From an uncultured Acidobacteriota bacterium (GTDB lineage: Bacteria; Acidobacteriota; Thermoanaerobaculia; UBA5066; Gp7-AA6): DNA of 64,000 nucleotides. The stretch's first letter is position 1. Each line of letters begins with the position of its first letter. The DNA is taken from assembly GCA_963764715.1 (NCBI GenBank), contig CAVXTP010000022.1, positions 640,001 to 704,000 on the forward strand. Reading direction: 5' to 3'. Shown here in pieces: positions 17,541 through 27,374 of this stretch. The translations under genes were made by a program, and so were the position numbers. The notes under the pieces are model-generated. The model was not told where the DNA came from. It saw nothing but the letters and a program-made list of their open reading frames with translations, and ran no database searches.

Positions 17541-20420
17541 ATGACGGACGCTCCCGACTACAAGAGCACGCTCAACCTGCCGCGGACCGACTTCCCGATG
17601 AAGGCGGACCTCGCGCGGCGCGAGCCCCGGCAGCTCGAGGCCTGGACGGCGTCGGCGCTGGAGGCGAAGCTCCGGGCGAAGGCGGCCGGGCGGCCGCAAT
17701 TCATCCTCCACGACGGCCCCCCGTACGCCAACGGGAACATCCACATCGGGCACGCCCTGAACAAGATCCTGAAGGACCTCGTCGTGCGCAGCCGTTCGAT
17801 GATGGGGTTCGACGCGCCGTACGTTCCGGGCTGGGACTGCCACGGCCTGCCGATCGAGCAGAAGGTCGACAAGGCGCTCGGCTCGAAGAAGAAGGACATG
17901 ACCGCGGTCGAGATCCGCCGCGCCTGCCGTGCCTACGCCGAGGAGTACATCGGGATCCAGCGCGACGAGTTCCGCCGGCTCGGCGTCGGCGGCCTCTGGG
18001 ACCGCCCCTACATGACCATGGACTATGCCTATCAGGCCGAGATCGCCCGGGCGTTCGGCGGCTTCTACGGAAAGAACCTCGTCTACCAGGCGCTGAAGTC
18101 CGTCCGATGGTGCTTCACCGACCGGACCGCCCTCGCCGAGGCGGAGCTCGAGTACGAAGAGCGGGCGGACCCGGCGATCTACGTCGCGTTCCCGACGGAG
18201 GCGTGGATCGGCGGCGCGTCCCTCGCGAACGCCTCCTTCCTGATCTGGACGACGACTCCCTGGACGATCCCGTCGAACCTCGCGATCGCGGTCCATCCCG
18301 ACGAAACGTACGCCTGGATCGACGCGGGCAACGGCAACCACTATCTCGTCGCCGAGCGGCTCGCCGAGCGCGTCGCGGGGGATCTCGGCTGGAGCGGCTG
18401 GAAGCGCGTCGCGTCGGTCCCCGGCACCTCGCTCGCGGGAGCCGTCTACGCCCACCCGCTTCACGCCGAGTGCCGGGGCGAGCTGACGGCCGAGGAGGAC
18501 GCGCGCTCCTTCCGCGTCGTGCTCGGCGAGCACGTCACGATGGACGCCGGCACGGGCCTGGTGCACACGGCCCCGGGGCACGGCGAAGACGACTTCCTCA
18601 TCGGCCAGCGCGAGAAGCTTCCGATCCTTTCGCCGGTCGACGAGGCCGGCCGCTTCACCACGGTCGCGAAGTACCGCGGACAGAAGGTCCTCGACGCCAA
18701 CGCCGCGATCGTCGAGGACCTGAAGTCCGTGGGGGCGCTCGCCGGCTACGATCCCAAGTTCCGCCACGAGTACCCGCACTGCTGGCGGTGCAAGAATCCC
18801 GTGATCTTCCGCGCCACGATCCAGTGGTTCGCGCGCCTCGACGCGGAGTCGACCGACGTCCGCGGAGGCTCGCTCGCCGCGATCTCCCGGGTCCAGTGGA
18901 CGCCCCCCTGGGGCGAGGCCCGCATCACCGGCATGGTCGAGAACCGGCGCGAGTGGGTCATCTCGCGGCAGCGCCGCTGGGGCTCCCCCATCACGCTCCT
19001 CTACGCCATGAAGGCGGGCGAGCGCGCCGGCGTCTACCCCTGGAGCGACGCGCCGGCGGAACAGACGAAGTTCTTCGAGCACGTCGCGACGATCTTCCGC
19101 GCCGAGGGCGCCGACGCCTGGTATGCCCGGCCGGCCACCGACTTCCTGCCGCCCGGCGCCGACCTCCGGGGATTCGCGGGAGGCGACTTCCAGGCCGAGA
19201 CCGACATCCTCGACGTCTGGTTCGACTCCGGCGTCTCGCACATCGCCGTGCTCCGCTCCGGAAAGTGGCCCGAGCTCGTCCGGAAGGGCGCCGGCCGGCC
19301 GGCGGACCTCTACGTCGAGGGGCACGACCAGTACCGCGGCTGGTTCCAGTCCTCCCTCCTGACCTCGGTCGCCCTCTACGGCGACGCGCCGTACGACGGC
19401 GTGATCACGCACGGCTTCGCGGTCGACGGCCAGGGGCGCAAGATGTCGAAGTCGCTCGGCAACGTCGTCGCCCCCCAGGACCTCATCAAGAAGTACGGCG
19501 CCGACATCGTGCGCCTGTGGGTGGCGAGCCTCGACTACCGGGACGACGATCCGATCTCCGAGGAGATCCTGGCGCGCTGCGCCGAGGCGTACCGCAAGAT
19601 CCGCAACACCGCCCGCTACCTCATCTCGAACCTCTACGACTTCGAGCCCGGGCGGGACGCCGTCGCCCTGAAGGATCTTCTCCCCCTCGATCGGTGGGCG
19701 CTCGCGGAGACCCGGAAGGCCTTGCGGCGGGTCTACGCCGCGTACGAGGCCTACGAGTTCCACGTGATCTACCATCAACTCGTGACTTTTTGCGCCACCA
19801 CCCTGTCGGCGTTCTACTGCGACATCCTCAAGGACCGCCTGTACGCCTCGGCGGCGGCCTCGACCGAGCGCCGCTCGGCGCAGACGGCCCTCCACCGGAT
19901 CGCCCGCGCCCTGGCGGCGGCCGCGGCGCCCGTGCTGCCGTTCACGGCCGAGGAGATCTGGGGCGCGCTCCCCGGAAAAGAGGAAGAATCGGTCCACCTG
20001 ACGGGTTTCGACGGGCTGGACGACGTGCCGGTAAACTCCGTTCCTGAGGCCGCATGGGAACGGCTGACGAAATTGAGGGAAGAAGCCTCGGTGATCCTGG
20101 AGCAAGCCCGCCGCGACAAGGTGATCGGATCGTCCCTGGAGGGGACGATCGTCTTTTCGACCACCCCTGAGCTCGAAGCCGACCGGCGTTCCACCGGCAC
20201 CGACGGCGCCGGCCTCGCCGAGCTCTTCATCGTCTCGGACACCGTCGAAGGCGGCGAGATGCCCGACGGCGGCCGGGATTCGCAGGCCTACCCGGGCGTG
20301 CGCCTGGCCTTTCGGAAGGCTTCGGGCCGGCGCTGCGACCGTTGCTGGAAAGTGACGCCGGAGGCCGAGGCGAACGGCCTGTGTGCGCGTTGCCGTCGGG
20401 TCCTGGAGACCGGGCGATGA
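17541..20420 (+). CDS. ileS: Isoleucine--tRNA ligase (type 1)
   Basis: [50 protein letters not shown]-terminal CDRCW...CARC Zn finger. Confidence 0.98.
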   Translation: MTDAPDYKSTLNLPRTDFPMKADLARREPRQLEAWTASALEAKLRAKAAGRPQFILHDGPPYANGNIHIGHALNKILKDLVVRSRSMMGFDAPYVPGWDCHGLPIEQKVDKALGSKKKDMTAVEIRRACRAYAEEYIGIQRDEFRRLGVGGLWDRPYMTMDYAYQAEIARAFGGFYGKNLVYQALKSVRWCFTDRTALAEAELEYEERADPAIYVAFPTEAWIGGASLANASFLIWTTTPWTIPSNLAIAVHPDETYAWIDAGNGNHYLVAERLAERVAGDLGWSGWKRVASVPGTSLAGAVYAHPLHAECRGELTAEEDARSFRVVLGEHVTMDAGTGLVHTAPGHGEDDFLIGQREKLPILSPVDEAGRFTTVAKYRGQKVLDANAAIVEDLKSVGALAGYDPKFRHEYPHCWRCKNPVIFRATIQWFARLDAESTDVRGGSLAAISRVQWTPPWGEARITGMVENRREWVISRQRRWGSPITLLYAMKAGERAGVYPWSDAPAEQTKFFEHVATIFRAEGADAWYARPATDFLPPGADLRGFAGGDFQAETDILDVWFDSGVSHIAVLRSGKWPELVRKGAGRPADLYVEGHDQYRGWFQSSLLTSVALYGDAPYDGVITHGFAVDGQGRKMSKSLGNVVAPQDLIKKYGADIVRLWVASLDYRDDDPISEEILARCAEAYRKIRNTARYLISNLYDFEPGRDAVALKDLLPLDRWALAETRKALRRVYAAYEAYEFHVIYHQLVTFCATTLSAFYCDILKDRLYASAAASTERRSAQTALHRIARALAAAAAPVLPFTAEEIWGALPGKEEESVHLTGFDGLDDVPVNSVPEAAWERLTKLREEASVILEQARRDKVIGSSLEGTIVFSTTPELEADRRSTGTDGAGLAELFIVSDTVEGGEMPDGGRDSQAYPGVRLAFRKASGRRCDRCWKVTPEAEANGLCARCRRVLETGR

Positions 20421-20953
20421 AACCGGTCGTCCTCCGGGAATCGACGCTCTACCGCGGCGCCTATCTCGCCGTCTCGCTCGCCGTGCTCTTTCTCGACCAG
20501 TGGACCAAGGGAATCATCACCCGCACGATGGAGGTCCACCAGTCGAAGACGGTCGTCGCCGACGTCTTCGACCTGACCTACGTGCGCAACAGCGGAGCCG
20601 CCTTTGGTCTCTTCGCCTCGGTCGATTCCGCGATCAAGGCCGTCGTCCTGAACAGCGTCGCCGTCATCGTGTTCCTGATCGTCTCGGCCTACGCCCTGCG
20701 CTCGTCGCACAAGAGCGTGCGGCTCCAGGTCGGGCTCGCCCTGATCCTCGGCGGCGCCGTCGGCAACCTGCTCGACCGGGTGCGCTTCGGGTACGTCGTC
20801 GACTTCCTCGACTTCTCCGTCTCCGGCCACCACTGGCCGGCGTTCAACGTCGCCGATTCGGCCATCTGCATCGGCGTCGCCGTGCTCTTCCTCGACATGC
20901 TCGGCCACGAGGACGAACCGGCGCCGCGGCCCGACGCCGCACCGGGGGGATAG
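20417..20953 (+). CDS. lspA: Lipoprotein signal peptidase
   Basis: [36 protein letters not shown]; ATG 20417 overlaps ileS stop. Confidence 0.96.
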   Translation: MKPVVLRESTLYRGAYLAVSLAVLFLDQWTKGIITRTMEVHQSKTVVADVFDLTYVRNSGAAFGLFASVDSAIKAVVLNSVAVIVFLIVSAYALRSSHKSVRLQVGLALILGGAVGNLLDRVRFGYVVDFLDFSVSGHHWPAFNVADSAICIGVAVLFLDMLGHEDEPAPRPDAAPGG

Positions 20954-20957
20954 CCTC

Positions 20958-21743
20958 ATTTTCCCGCGCCTCGTCCACATCGGGCAGTTCTACCTTCCGA
21001 CGTACGGCGTCGTGCTGGCGATCGCCTACCTGACGGGCATCTGGCTGCTGCGCCGCAAGGCCCTGGCCGAGGACCTCCCCGACCAGAAGATCCTGGACCT
21101 CGCGCTCTACATCCTGGCGTCCGCGATCCTCGGCGCGAAGCTCCTGCTCATCCTCGTCGAGTGGAAGCGATACGCCGCCAATCCGAAGGACCTGATCGAG
21201 GTCGTGCGCTCCGGCGGCGTCTTCTACGGCGGGCTGATCGCCGCGACCGTCGTCGCCGTCTGGTACATGAAGAAGAACGACCTCCCGGCCTGGCGGATCG
21301 CCGACATGGGAGCGCCCTCGATCGCGCTCGGCGAGGCGATCGGGCGCTGGGGCTGCTTCGCGGCCGGCTGCTGCTACGGCAAGGAGACCCACGGTCCGTT
21401 CGGGGTCACGTTCACGGATCCCTTCGCCGCCGAGCAGGTCGGGACGCCGCTCAACGTCCCGCTCCACCCCACGCAGATCTACCTGTCCTTGAACGCGTTC
21501 CTGATGTTCCTGATCCTGCAGTGGGCCTACCGGCGCCGGACGTTCGACGGCGAGGTCTTCTGGCTCTACGTGCTCCTCTACGCCATCACGCGCGGGATCC
21601 TGGAGACCTGGCGCGGCGACCTCGTCCGCGGGTTCGTGATCCCGGGCATCCTCTCGACCTCGCAGGCGATCGGGCTCGTGACCGCAGCCGTCGCCGGCGG
21701 GATGCTCTTCTACCTCTCGCGCCGCAGCCGCGCCGAGGCGTAG
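20958..21743 (+). CDS. lgt: Prolipoprotein diacylglyceryl transferase (probable ATT start)
   Basis: GGVFYGG, IGRWGCFAAGCCYG, HPTQIY, ETWRGD; family-like N-terminus (M)FPRLVHIGQFYLPTYG starts at ATT 20958, upstream of the ORF-track GTG 21012. Confidence 0.9.
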   Translation: MFPRLVHIGQFYLPTYGVVLAIAYLTGIWLLRRKALAEDLPDQKILDLALYILASAILGAKLLLILVEWKRYAANPKDLIEVVRSGGVFYGGLIAATVVAVWYMKKNDLPAWRIADMGAPSIALGEAIGRWGCFAAGCCYGKETHGPFGVTFTDPFAAEQVGTPLNVPLHPTQIYLSLNAFLMFLILQWAYRRRTFDGEVFWLYVLLYAITRGILETWRGDLVRGFVIPGILSTSQAIGLVTAAVAGGMLFYLSRRSRAEA

Positions 21744-21749
21744 CCGCAG

Positions 21750-22727
21750 GTGATCCGGCGGTTTCGGGTCGGCTCCCCGTCCGCCGGCACGCGGCTCGAC
21801 CTCTTCCTCGTGGCGGCCTGCTCGGACCTCTCCCGGTCCCGCATCCAGAAGCTGATCGCCGATGGTTCCGTCCAGGTCGGCGGCTCGCCGGCCCGGCGCG
21901 CGCACGTCGTCCACGCCGGCGAAGAGATCTCGATCGAGGTGCCGGAGCCGCGCGAGACGGAGCTCGAGCCCGAGGACATTCCCCTGGCGATCCTGTACGA
22001 GGACGACGAGCTCCTCGCGATCGACAAGCCGCCCGGCCTCGTCGTCCACCCGGCGCCCGGGCATCCGTCGGGCACGCTCGTCAACGCCCTGCTCCACCAC
22101 GTCCGCGACCTCGCCGGGATCGGCGGGGAGCGAAGGCCCGGGATCGTCCACCGGCTCGACCGCGACACGTCGGGCGTGCTCCTCGTGGCCAAGACCGACC
22201 GCGCGCACCAGCTCCTGTCCCGGCAGATGCGCCGCCGAACGCTCCGCAAGGAGTACCTCGCGCTCGCCGCGGGCGTGCCGCGCGTCCGCAAGGGCGAGGT
22301 CACGCTCGCGATCGGCCGCGACCCGCGGGACCGCAAGAGGATGAAGGCGTTTCACCCCCTCGACGACGCGATGCCCTCGGGCGCCCGCGAGGCCCGAACG
22401 CTCTACGCGATCGAGAAAGAGTGGCCGGCGCTCGGCCTGACGCTCCTGCGCTGCCGGCTCGTCACCGGCCGCACCCACCAGATCCGCGTTCACCTGGCGG
22501 CCTCCGGCCTCCCGATCGTCGGCGATCCCGTCTACGGCCGGGCGCGCTTCCCGAAGGTCCGCGACGAGAACCTCCGCCGCCGCCTCGCGGAGTTCCCCCG
22601 CCAGGCCCTCCACGCCGAGCGCGTCGCCTTCCACCATCCCGCGACCCAGGATCTCGTCGAGATCGTGGCACCGGTCCCTGCCGACCTCCAGGGGCTCCTC
22701 GACGCCATCGAAGCCGCGGCGGGATAG
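21750..22727 (+). CDS. rluD: RluA/RluD-family 23S rRNA pseudouridine synthase
   Basis: S4 domain (RLD..L..SRSRIQKLI), KPPGLVVHP, GIVHRLDRDTSG, TGRTHQIRVH, QALHA. Confidence 0.93.
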   Translation: MIRRFRVGSPSAGTRLDLFLVAACSDLSRSRIQKLIADGSVQVGGSPARRAHVVHAGEEISIEVPEPRETELEPEDIPLAILYEDDELLAIDKPPGLVVHPAPGHPSGTLVNALLHHVRDLAGIGGERRPGIVHRLDRDTSGVLLVAKTDRAHQLLSRQMRRRTLRKEYLALAAGVPRVRKGEVTLAIGRDPRDRKRMKAFHPLDDAMPSGAREARTLYAIEKEWPALGLTLLRCRLVTGRTHQIRVHLAASGLPIVGDPVYGRARFPKVRDENLRRRLAEFPRQALHAERVAFHHPATQDLVEIVAPVPADLQGLLDAIEAAAG

Positions 22728-22736
22728 CCTGTCGCC

Positions 22737-23252
22737 ATGGCGAACGACTCCCGCATCCTCTACGAGGGCCGCCACCTGCTCCTCCTCGACCGCAACGGCT
22801 GGGAATTCGTGGAGCACCGCACGGCGCCCGAGGCGGCGATGATCGTGGCCCTGACGGCCTCGGGCGACATCGTCCTCGCCGAAGAGTTCCGTCCGCCGAT
22901 GGGCGCCCCGGTCGTATCGCTTCCCTCCGGCCTCATCGGGGACGAGGGGCCGGAGGAAGCCATCGACGCCGCCCGGCGGGAGCTCGCCGAGGAGACCGGC
23001 CACGCGGCCGAGCGCTGGGAGCTTCTCGCCCGCGGGCCCGGCTCCGCCGGCCAGAGCTCCGAGATGATCACGTTCTTCCTGGCGCGGCCCGCGGTCCGGT
23101 CGGGCGCGCAGGCGGACCACGACGTCGGCAGGATCCGCGTGCACGTCGTTCCGGTGGCGGACCTTCGCGACTGGGCGAAGCGGCGCGAGACCGAGGGGGC
23201 CGTCATCGATCCGAAGATCTGGGCGGGCCTCTACCTGGCGCACGGCCGGTGA
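22737..23252 (+). CDS. NUDIX hydrolase (ADP-ribose pyrophosphatase-like)
   Basis: LPSGLIG...AARRELAEETG Nudix box. Confidence 0.88.
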   Translation: MANDSRILYEGRHLLLLDRNGWEFVEHRTAPEAAMIVALTASGDIVLAEEFRPPMGAPVVSLPSGLIGDEGPEEAIDAARRELAEETGHAAERWELLARGPGSAGQSSEMITFFLARPAVRSGAQADHDVGRIRVHVVPVADLRDWAKRRETEGAVIDPKIWAGLYLAHGR

Positions 23253-23282
23253 CGCGGCCGCTCCCTCGCGGACGGGCCGGAC

Positions 23283-23921
23283 CTACTTCAGCGAAATCGA
23301 GATCGTCGTCCCGTCCTTCTCGAGCACGACGCGGCCTTCCTCGATCTTCGAGACCGTGAATCCCTCGACGTAGGCGCCGGTCCCCACGATCCGGTCGTTC
23401 AGGAGCGCCCGCGGCTCTTCTTCCGACCAGGCGATTCCGCCGAGCTCGATCCGGGCGCCGTCCGGCAACTGGACGGAACCGACGTAGTTGCGCCCGTGGG
23501 CGGGAGGCGGCGGCGGCGCCGCTTCCGTCGCCTCGGGCGTGGTCTCCGCGAACGAGACGCCTTCGGGCAGCGCGCTTCGTGTCGGCCGGGGCGCGCGGGG
23601 GACGGCGGCCGGCGGAGCCAGCGGCGTCGTCACGACCGTCTCCGAGAGCGTCGGCTCGGGCGCGGGCATCGTCGGCGCCGGCGCCGCGGCCGGCCGCGAC
23701 GCGGGAGCGGCGGCATTCCAGACTGCCCGGACTCCCACCGCGGCCACGACCAGAGCCGCCGCGATCGAGACCGACCAGAGGAGCACGCGCAGGATGCGCC
23801 GACGGCGCGCGAGGCCCGCGTCCGGCAGCGGGGCGGGCGTCCACGGCCGCTTCTCGGGCGACGCGCCCTCCTTGCGGGCCGCTTCCTGGGCGCGCTTGAG
23901 CGCCTCGTCGATGAGGCTCAC
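23283..23921 (-). CDS. GspB/ExeB-like bitopic membrane protein
   Basis: MSLIDEALKRAQ N-terminus, one TM, Pro/Ala linker, C-terminal LGGIAWS...ALLN...G..V.G..V.KI...V.L domain; coupled to ExeA-like gene. Confidence 0.72.
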   Translation of the reverse strand: MSLIDEALKRAQEAARKEGASPEKRPWTPAPLPDAGLARRRRILRVLLWSVSIAAALVVAAVGVRAVWNAAAPASRPAAAPAPTMPAPEPTLSETVVTTPLAPPAAVPRAPRPTRSALPEGVSFAETTPEATEAAPPPPPAHGRNYVGSVQLPDGARIELGGIAWSEEEPRALLNDRIVGTGAYVEGFTVSKIEEGRVVLEKDGTTISISLK

Positions 23922-24730
23922 GCGACCTCTCCCTCGAGCTCGCGGATCGCCTGGCCGACGGCCCGGCTCTTGAGCTCGTAGGTTCCGTTGACGTAGCCGT
24001 AGAGGAGGGCCTTGTCGCAGACCGCGTTGATCAGGCGCGGGACCCCTCCGGCATAGCGGTGGATCTTCCGGATCGCCCACGGACTGAACGTCGGCCGCCC
24101 GTCGCCGCCCGCCACACGGATGCGGTGGTCGATGTACCGGGCGGTTTCGTCGCGATCGAGCGGCGCGAGGTGGTACCGGACGGTGATGCGCTGCCGGAGC
24201 TGCCGCAGCCCGCGCTCGTTCAGCTTCTCGCGGAGCTCCGGCTGCCCGATCAGGACGATCTGGAGGAGCTTGCGCTGGTCGGTCTCCAGGTTCGAGAGGA
24301 GCCGGATCTGCTCGAGGAGCTCCGGGTCGAGGTCCTGCGCCTCGTCGATCAGGAGCACGACGTCGTTGCCGGCCCCGGCCTGCTCCAGCAGGAAGCGGTT
24401 GAGAAGCTCGAGGTACGCCGTCCGATCGACCTTCCGCGGCTCGAGGCCGAGCTCCGTCAGCACCATCCGCATCAGTTGCGTGGCCGTGACCATGGGGTTG
24501 AGGATGAGCGCCGTCTTGTAGGAGGCCCCGAGCTCCGCGAGGATCGCCCGGCAGACCGTGGTCTTTCCGGCGCCGACCTCGCCCGTGATCTGGATGAAGC
24601 CCTTGCGCTCCCGGATGCCGAAGAGTACGTGGTTGAAGGCCTCGCGGTGCTTGTCGGAGAAAAAGAGGAAGCGGGGATCGGGGGTGATGTTGAACGGCGC
24701 CTCCCGGAAGCCGTAGAAGTCGTTGTACAC
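23918..24730 (-). CDS. ExeA/GspA-family AAA ATPase (ATPase domain only)
   Basis: MY..FYG....PF..TPDP.F, GEVGAGKTT, LLIDEAQ, LIGQPEL, GVPRLIN. Confidence 0.9.
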   Translation of the reverse strand: MYNDFYGFREAPFNITPDPRFLFFSDKHREAFNHVLFGIRERKGFIQITGEVGAGKTTVCRAILAELGASYKTALILNPMVTATQLMRMVLTELGLEPRKVDRTAYLELLNRFLLEQAGAGNDVVLLIDEAQDLDPELLEQIRLLSNLETDQRKLLQIVLIGQPELREKLNERGLRQLRQRITVRYHLAPLDRDETARYIDHRIRVAGGDGRPTFSPWAIRKIHRYAGGVPRLINAVCDKALLYGYVNGTYELKSRAVGQAIRELEGEVA

Positions 24731-24779
24731 CGCCCCCGAGCTTAGTCCAATCCCCGCCCCCGACGCTCCGCGCCCGCCG

Positions 24780-25580
24780 TCAGGACGCCTTCGCGAGCGG
24801 CCGGCAGTCCCCGCACGGGTGATAGCCGGCGGCGAGGGCCTCCTCGTCCGAGTGGAAGGCGACCTGGTTGGACTCGAGCAGCGTCTGGATCCCGCCGCAC
24901 GTCGGGTAGCAGTAATGCATCCCCTTCGAGTTGCCGAGGTACCGCACGTGCGAGGCCGCGAGCTTCTCGAGCGTCTCGGGCTGGGCCCCCTCGAGCGCCA
25001 GGAGTGTGCGCTTGTTGCGCGCCCCGCCCAGGGAGTACTTGCCGATGTGCCCGTCGCTTCGCACCACGCGGTGGCACGGGATCAGGAGCGGCACCGGGTT
25101 CTTCGCCAGCGCCGTGCCGGCGGCCCGCACCGCGCCCGGGTGCCCGATCTCCTTGGCGATCCAGCTGTACGGCCGCACCTCCCCCGTCGGGATCTCGAGG
25201 GCCTTCAGCAGCACCGCCCGCTCGAACTCGGACAGCCCGCGCAGGTCGTACCGCAGCTCCCGCCGGCGCTCCCCCTTGAGCCGCCCGACGAGCGCCCGCA
25301 CGGCCGCCGGCGGAACCGCCTTCTCCCGGTAGGCCGTCCGGCCGAACCGACGGCGGAACGCCCGCTCGAAGTCGGCTTCCGACTTCGCCCGCGTGACCAT
25401 CGAGATCCCCGCCTTGCTGTGCGCCACGAACACCGGCCCCACCGGCGACTCCAGCCGCCAGTAGTGGTCCGCGAGCCCGACGCGGCGCAGGACGGCCGGC
25501 AGCAACGTGGCCGGCGCCTTTTCCACGGAGAAGCTCCGCAGGGCCTGCGTGATCTCGAGTCCCTTGTGCATTCTCTTCAC
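24780..25580 (-). CDS. Methylated-DNA--protein-cysteine methyltransferase with C-terminal Ada-like Zn-binding domain
   Basis: IPTGEVRPY, AVRAAGTALAKNPVPLLIPCHRVV; C-terminal YCYPTC...F.S.EEALAAGYHPCGDCRP; GTG overlaps sigma stop. Confidence 0.9.
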   Translation of the reverse strand: MKRMHKGLEITQALRSFSVEKAPATLLPAVLRRVGLADHYWRLESPVGPVFVAHSKAGISMVTRAKSEADFERAFRRRFGRTAYREKAVPPAAVRALVGRLKGERRRELRYDLRGLSEFERAVLLKALEIPTGEVRPYSWIAKEIGHPGAVRAAGTALAKNPVPLLIPCHRVVRSDGHIGKYSLGGARNKRTLLALEGAQPETLEKLAASHVRYLGNSKGMHYCYPTCGGIQTLLESNQVAFHSDEEALAAGYHPCGDCRPLAKAS

Positions 25581-26281
25581 GACCTCACCCCCTCCCGGCG
25601 CGAGATCGACAGGGCCTCGCGCAGGGCGTTGATTCCGCGATGGACGTTCGACTTGGTCGTTCCCAGGGGCTGCCGCAGGACCGTGGCGACCTCCTCGAGC
25701 CGGAGGCCCTCCACGTAGCGAAGCTGCAGCGGCGCCCGGTAACGCTCCGGCAGCGCGGCCATCAGGTCCGCGATGTCGCGCCGCTCCCGCGCGCGCTCGT
25801 ACGCGCGGTCGGGCCCGTCGGCGTGGTCCGCCGGCTCCCACCTCTGGTCGCTGTCGGCCGAGACGGGCTGGTCGAGCGAGACCGTGCGGAGCTTCTTGCC
25901 GCGGAACCGGTTCCGCGCCACGTTGAGCGTGATCCGGTAGAGCCAGGGACGCAGGGCGAGCGCCCGGATGCGTTCGGCCGGGTACGTCGCGAGCGCCCGG
26001 TACGCCCGGACGAAGGCGTCCTGCGCGACCTCCTCCGCGTCCTCGCGCCGCCCCGTCAGCCGGAGGGCATACGAGAACAGCCGGTCCTGGTAGACCCGGA
26101 CCAGCTCCTCGAACGCGCCGTCGAGGTCCTCCGCGACCGATTCCCGGAGTCTTTCTTCCTGCGACATCGGCGACCGACCGCCTCTCTGCTCGTCCGGCTG
26201 ACCCATCACCAGCCGGAAATCCGATCTCCCCGCGACCGGCCAGGGGACGCGCCCCGTGTCCGGCGCGCATTCGCTCGTCAT
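25577..26281 (-). CDS. ECF-family RNA polymerase sigma factor
   Basis: Region 2 (AFEELV..YQ..L...A.RL...EDAEEVAQDAF, WLYRI..N) and region 4 (LPERYR..L.LRY.EG....EVA..L..PLGT.KS..HR); start ATG 26281 (GGAGG upstream) or 26167. Confidence 0.92.
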   Translation of the reverse strand: MTSECAPDTGRVPWPVAGRSDFRLVMGQPDEQRGGRSPMSQEERLRESVAEDLDGAFEELVRVYQDRLFSYALRLTGRREDAEEVAQDAFVRAYRALATYPAERIRALALRPWLYRITLNVARNRFRGKKLRTVSLDQPVSADSDQRWEPADHADGPDRAYERARERRDIADLMAALPERYRAPLQLRYVEGLRLEEVATVLRQPLGTTKSNVHRGINALREALSISRREGVRS

Positions 26282-26343
26282 GGTGCCCTCCGCTCGCCTC
26301 CAGAACACGCGCGGAGGGCCCGGGGTTGCAGCCTCCCCGGCTC

Positions 26344-27339
26344 CTAGACGGGCGCCGCCTGACGCTTGCGCTTGCGTTCGATCCCCGCGGCGATCCGGGC
26401 CGCGTGGTGGCGGCTGTTCTCGATGAAGATGCGGCCGGTCTCCCGGCCGCCGAGGATCGCCCCGGCCAGGTACAGGTCGGGCACGTTCGACTCGAGCGTC
26501 TCCGGGTCGTGGGCCGGCACCCGCGCGGGGCCCTCGAGCCGGATGCCGCAGCGCTCGAAGAGGGCGAAGTCCGGCTCATAGCCGATCAGCGGAAAGACGG
26601 CCTCGGCCGGGATCGACCGCTCCCCTCCGGGACCGGCGACGCGGACCGCGTCCGCCTCGATCGCGAGGACCCGGGTCTCGAAGAGCGCCCGGATCGCCCC
26701 CGCGGCGATCCGGTTCTCGAGGTCCGGCCTGATCCAGTACTTGATCCGGTCCGAGAGGGCCGCCGCCCGCACGACGAGCGTCACGCGCGCCCCGTGCCGG
26801 TACAGGTCGAGGGCGGCCTCGGCCGCCGAGTTCTTTCCGCCGACCACGACGACGTCCCGTCCGTGGAACGGGTATCCCGAGACGTACCGGGAATGGACCT
26901 GCGGACGCTCCTCGCCCGGCACGGACAGCTTCCGCGGGTTGTGGAAGAACCCCGTCGCGAGGATCGCGGCCGGGGCCTCGACCCGCTCCCGGCCCCCCCG
27001 GCTCAGGACGGTCGCGGCGACTCCGCCCCCGGGGAGCGGCTCGACCTTCTCGACCGGGGTCTCCGCTCGGACGGCGACGCCGAACTGCTCGGCCACGCTG
27101 CGGTAGTAGCCGAGCGTCTCGAGGCGCGTCGGGTGCGCTTCGGGCGAGCCGAACGGGACCCCCGCGATGTCGAGGAGATCGCGCGTCGAGAACCAGCGCA
27201 TCTCCTCGGGAAACCCGGAGATCGAGTCGAGGAGCCCGCCGCGGTCGAAGCACACGGCGGGGATGCCGCGCCGGAGGAGCTCGACGGCGCAGGCGATCCC
27301 GGTCGGGCCGGCGCCGACGATGGCGACGGGCGTTTCCAC
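26344..27339 (-). CDS. YpdA-family FAD-dependent disulfide oxidoreductase
   Basis: IVGAGPTG, FP..M.WFST, PTR.E.L.YY, ATGFF, VVGGKNSA, IGYEPD, IFIENSR.H. Confidence 0.85.
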   Translation of the reverse strand: METPVAIVGAGPTGIACAVELLRRGIPAVCFDRGGLLDSISGFPEEMRWFSTRDLLDIAGVPFGSPEAHPTRLETLGYYRSVAEQFGVAVRAETPVEKVEPLPGGGVAATVLSRGGRERVEAPAAILATGFFHNPRKLSVPGEERPQVHSRYVSGYPFHGRDVVVVGGKNSAAEAALDLYRHGARVTLVVRAAALSDRIKYWIRPDLENRIAAGAIRALFETRVLAIEADAVRVAGPGGERSIPAEAVFPLIGYEPDFALFERCGIRLEGPARVPAHDPETLESNVPDLYLAGAILGGRETGRIFIENSRHHAARIAAGIERKRKRQAAPV

Positions 27340-27374
27340 CCGGCCATTCTATCGGCGCCCGGTTCGACGGCCGC

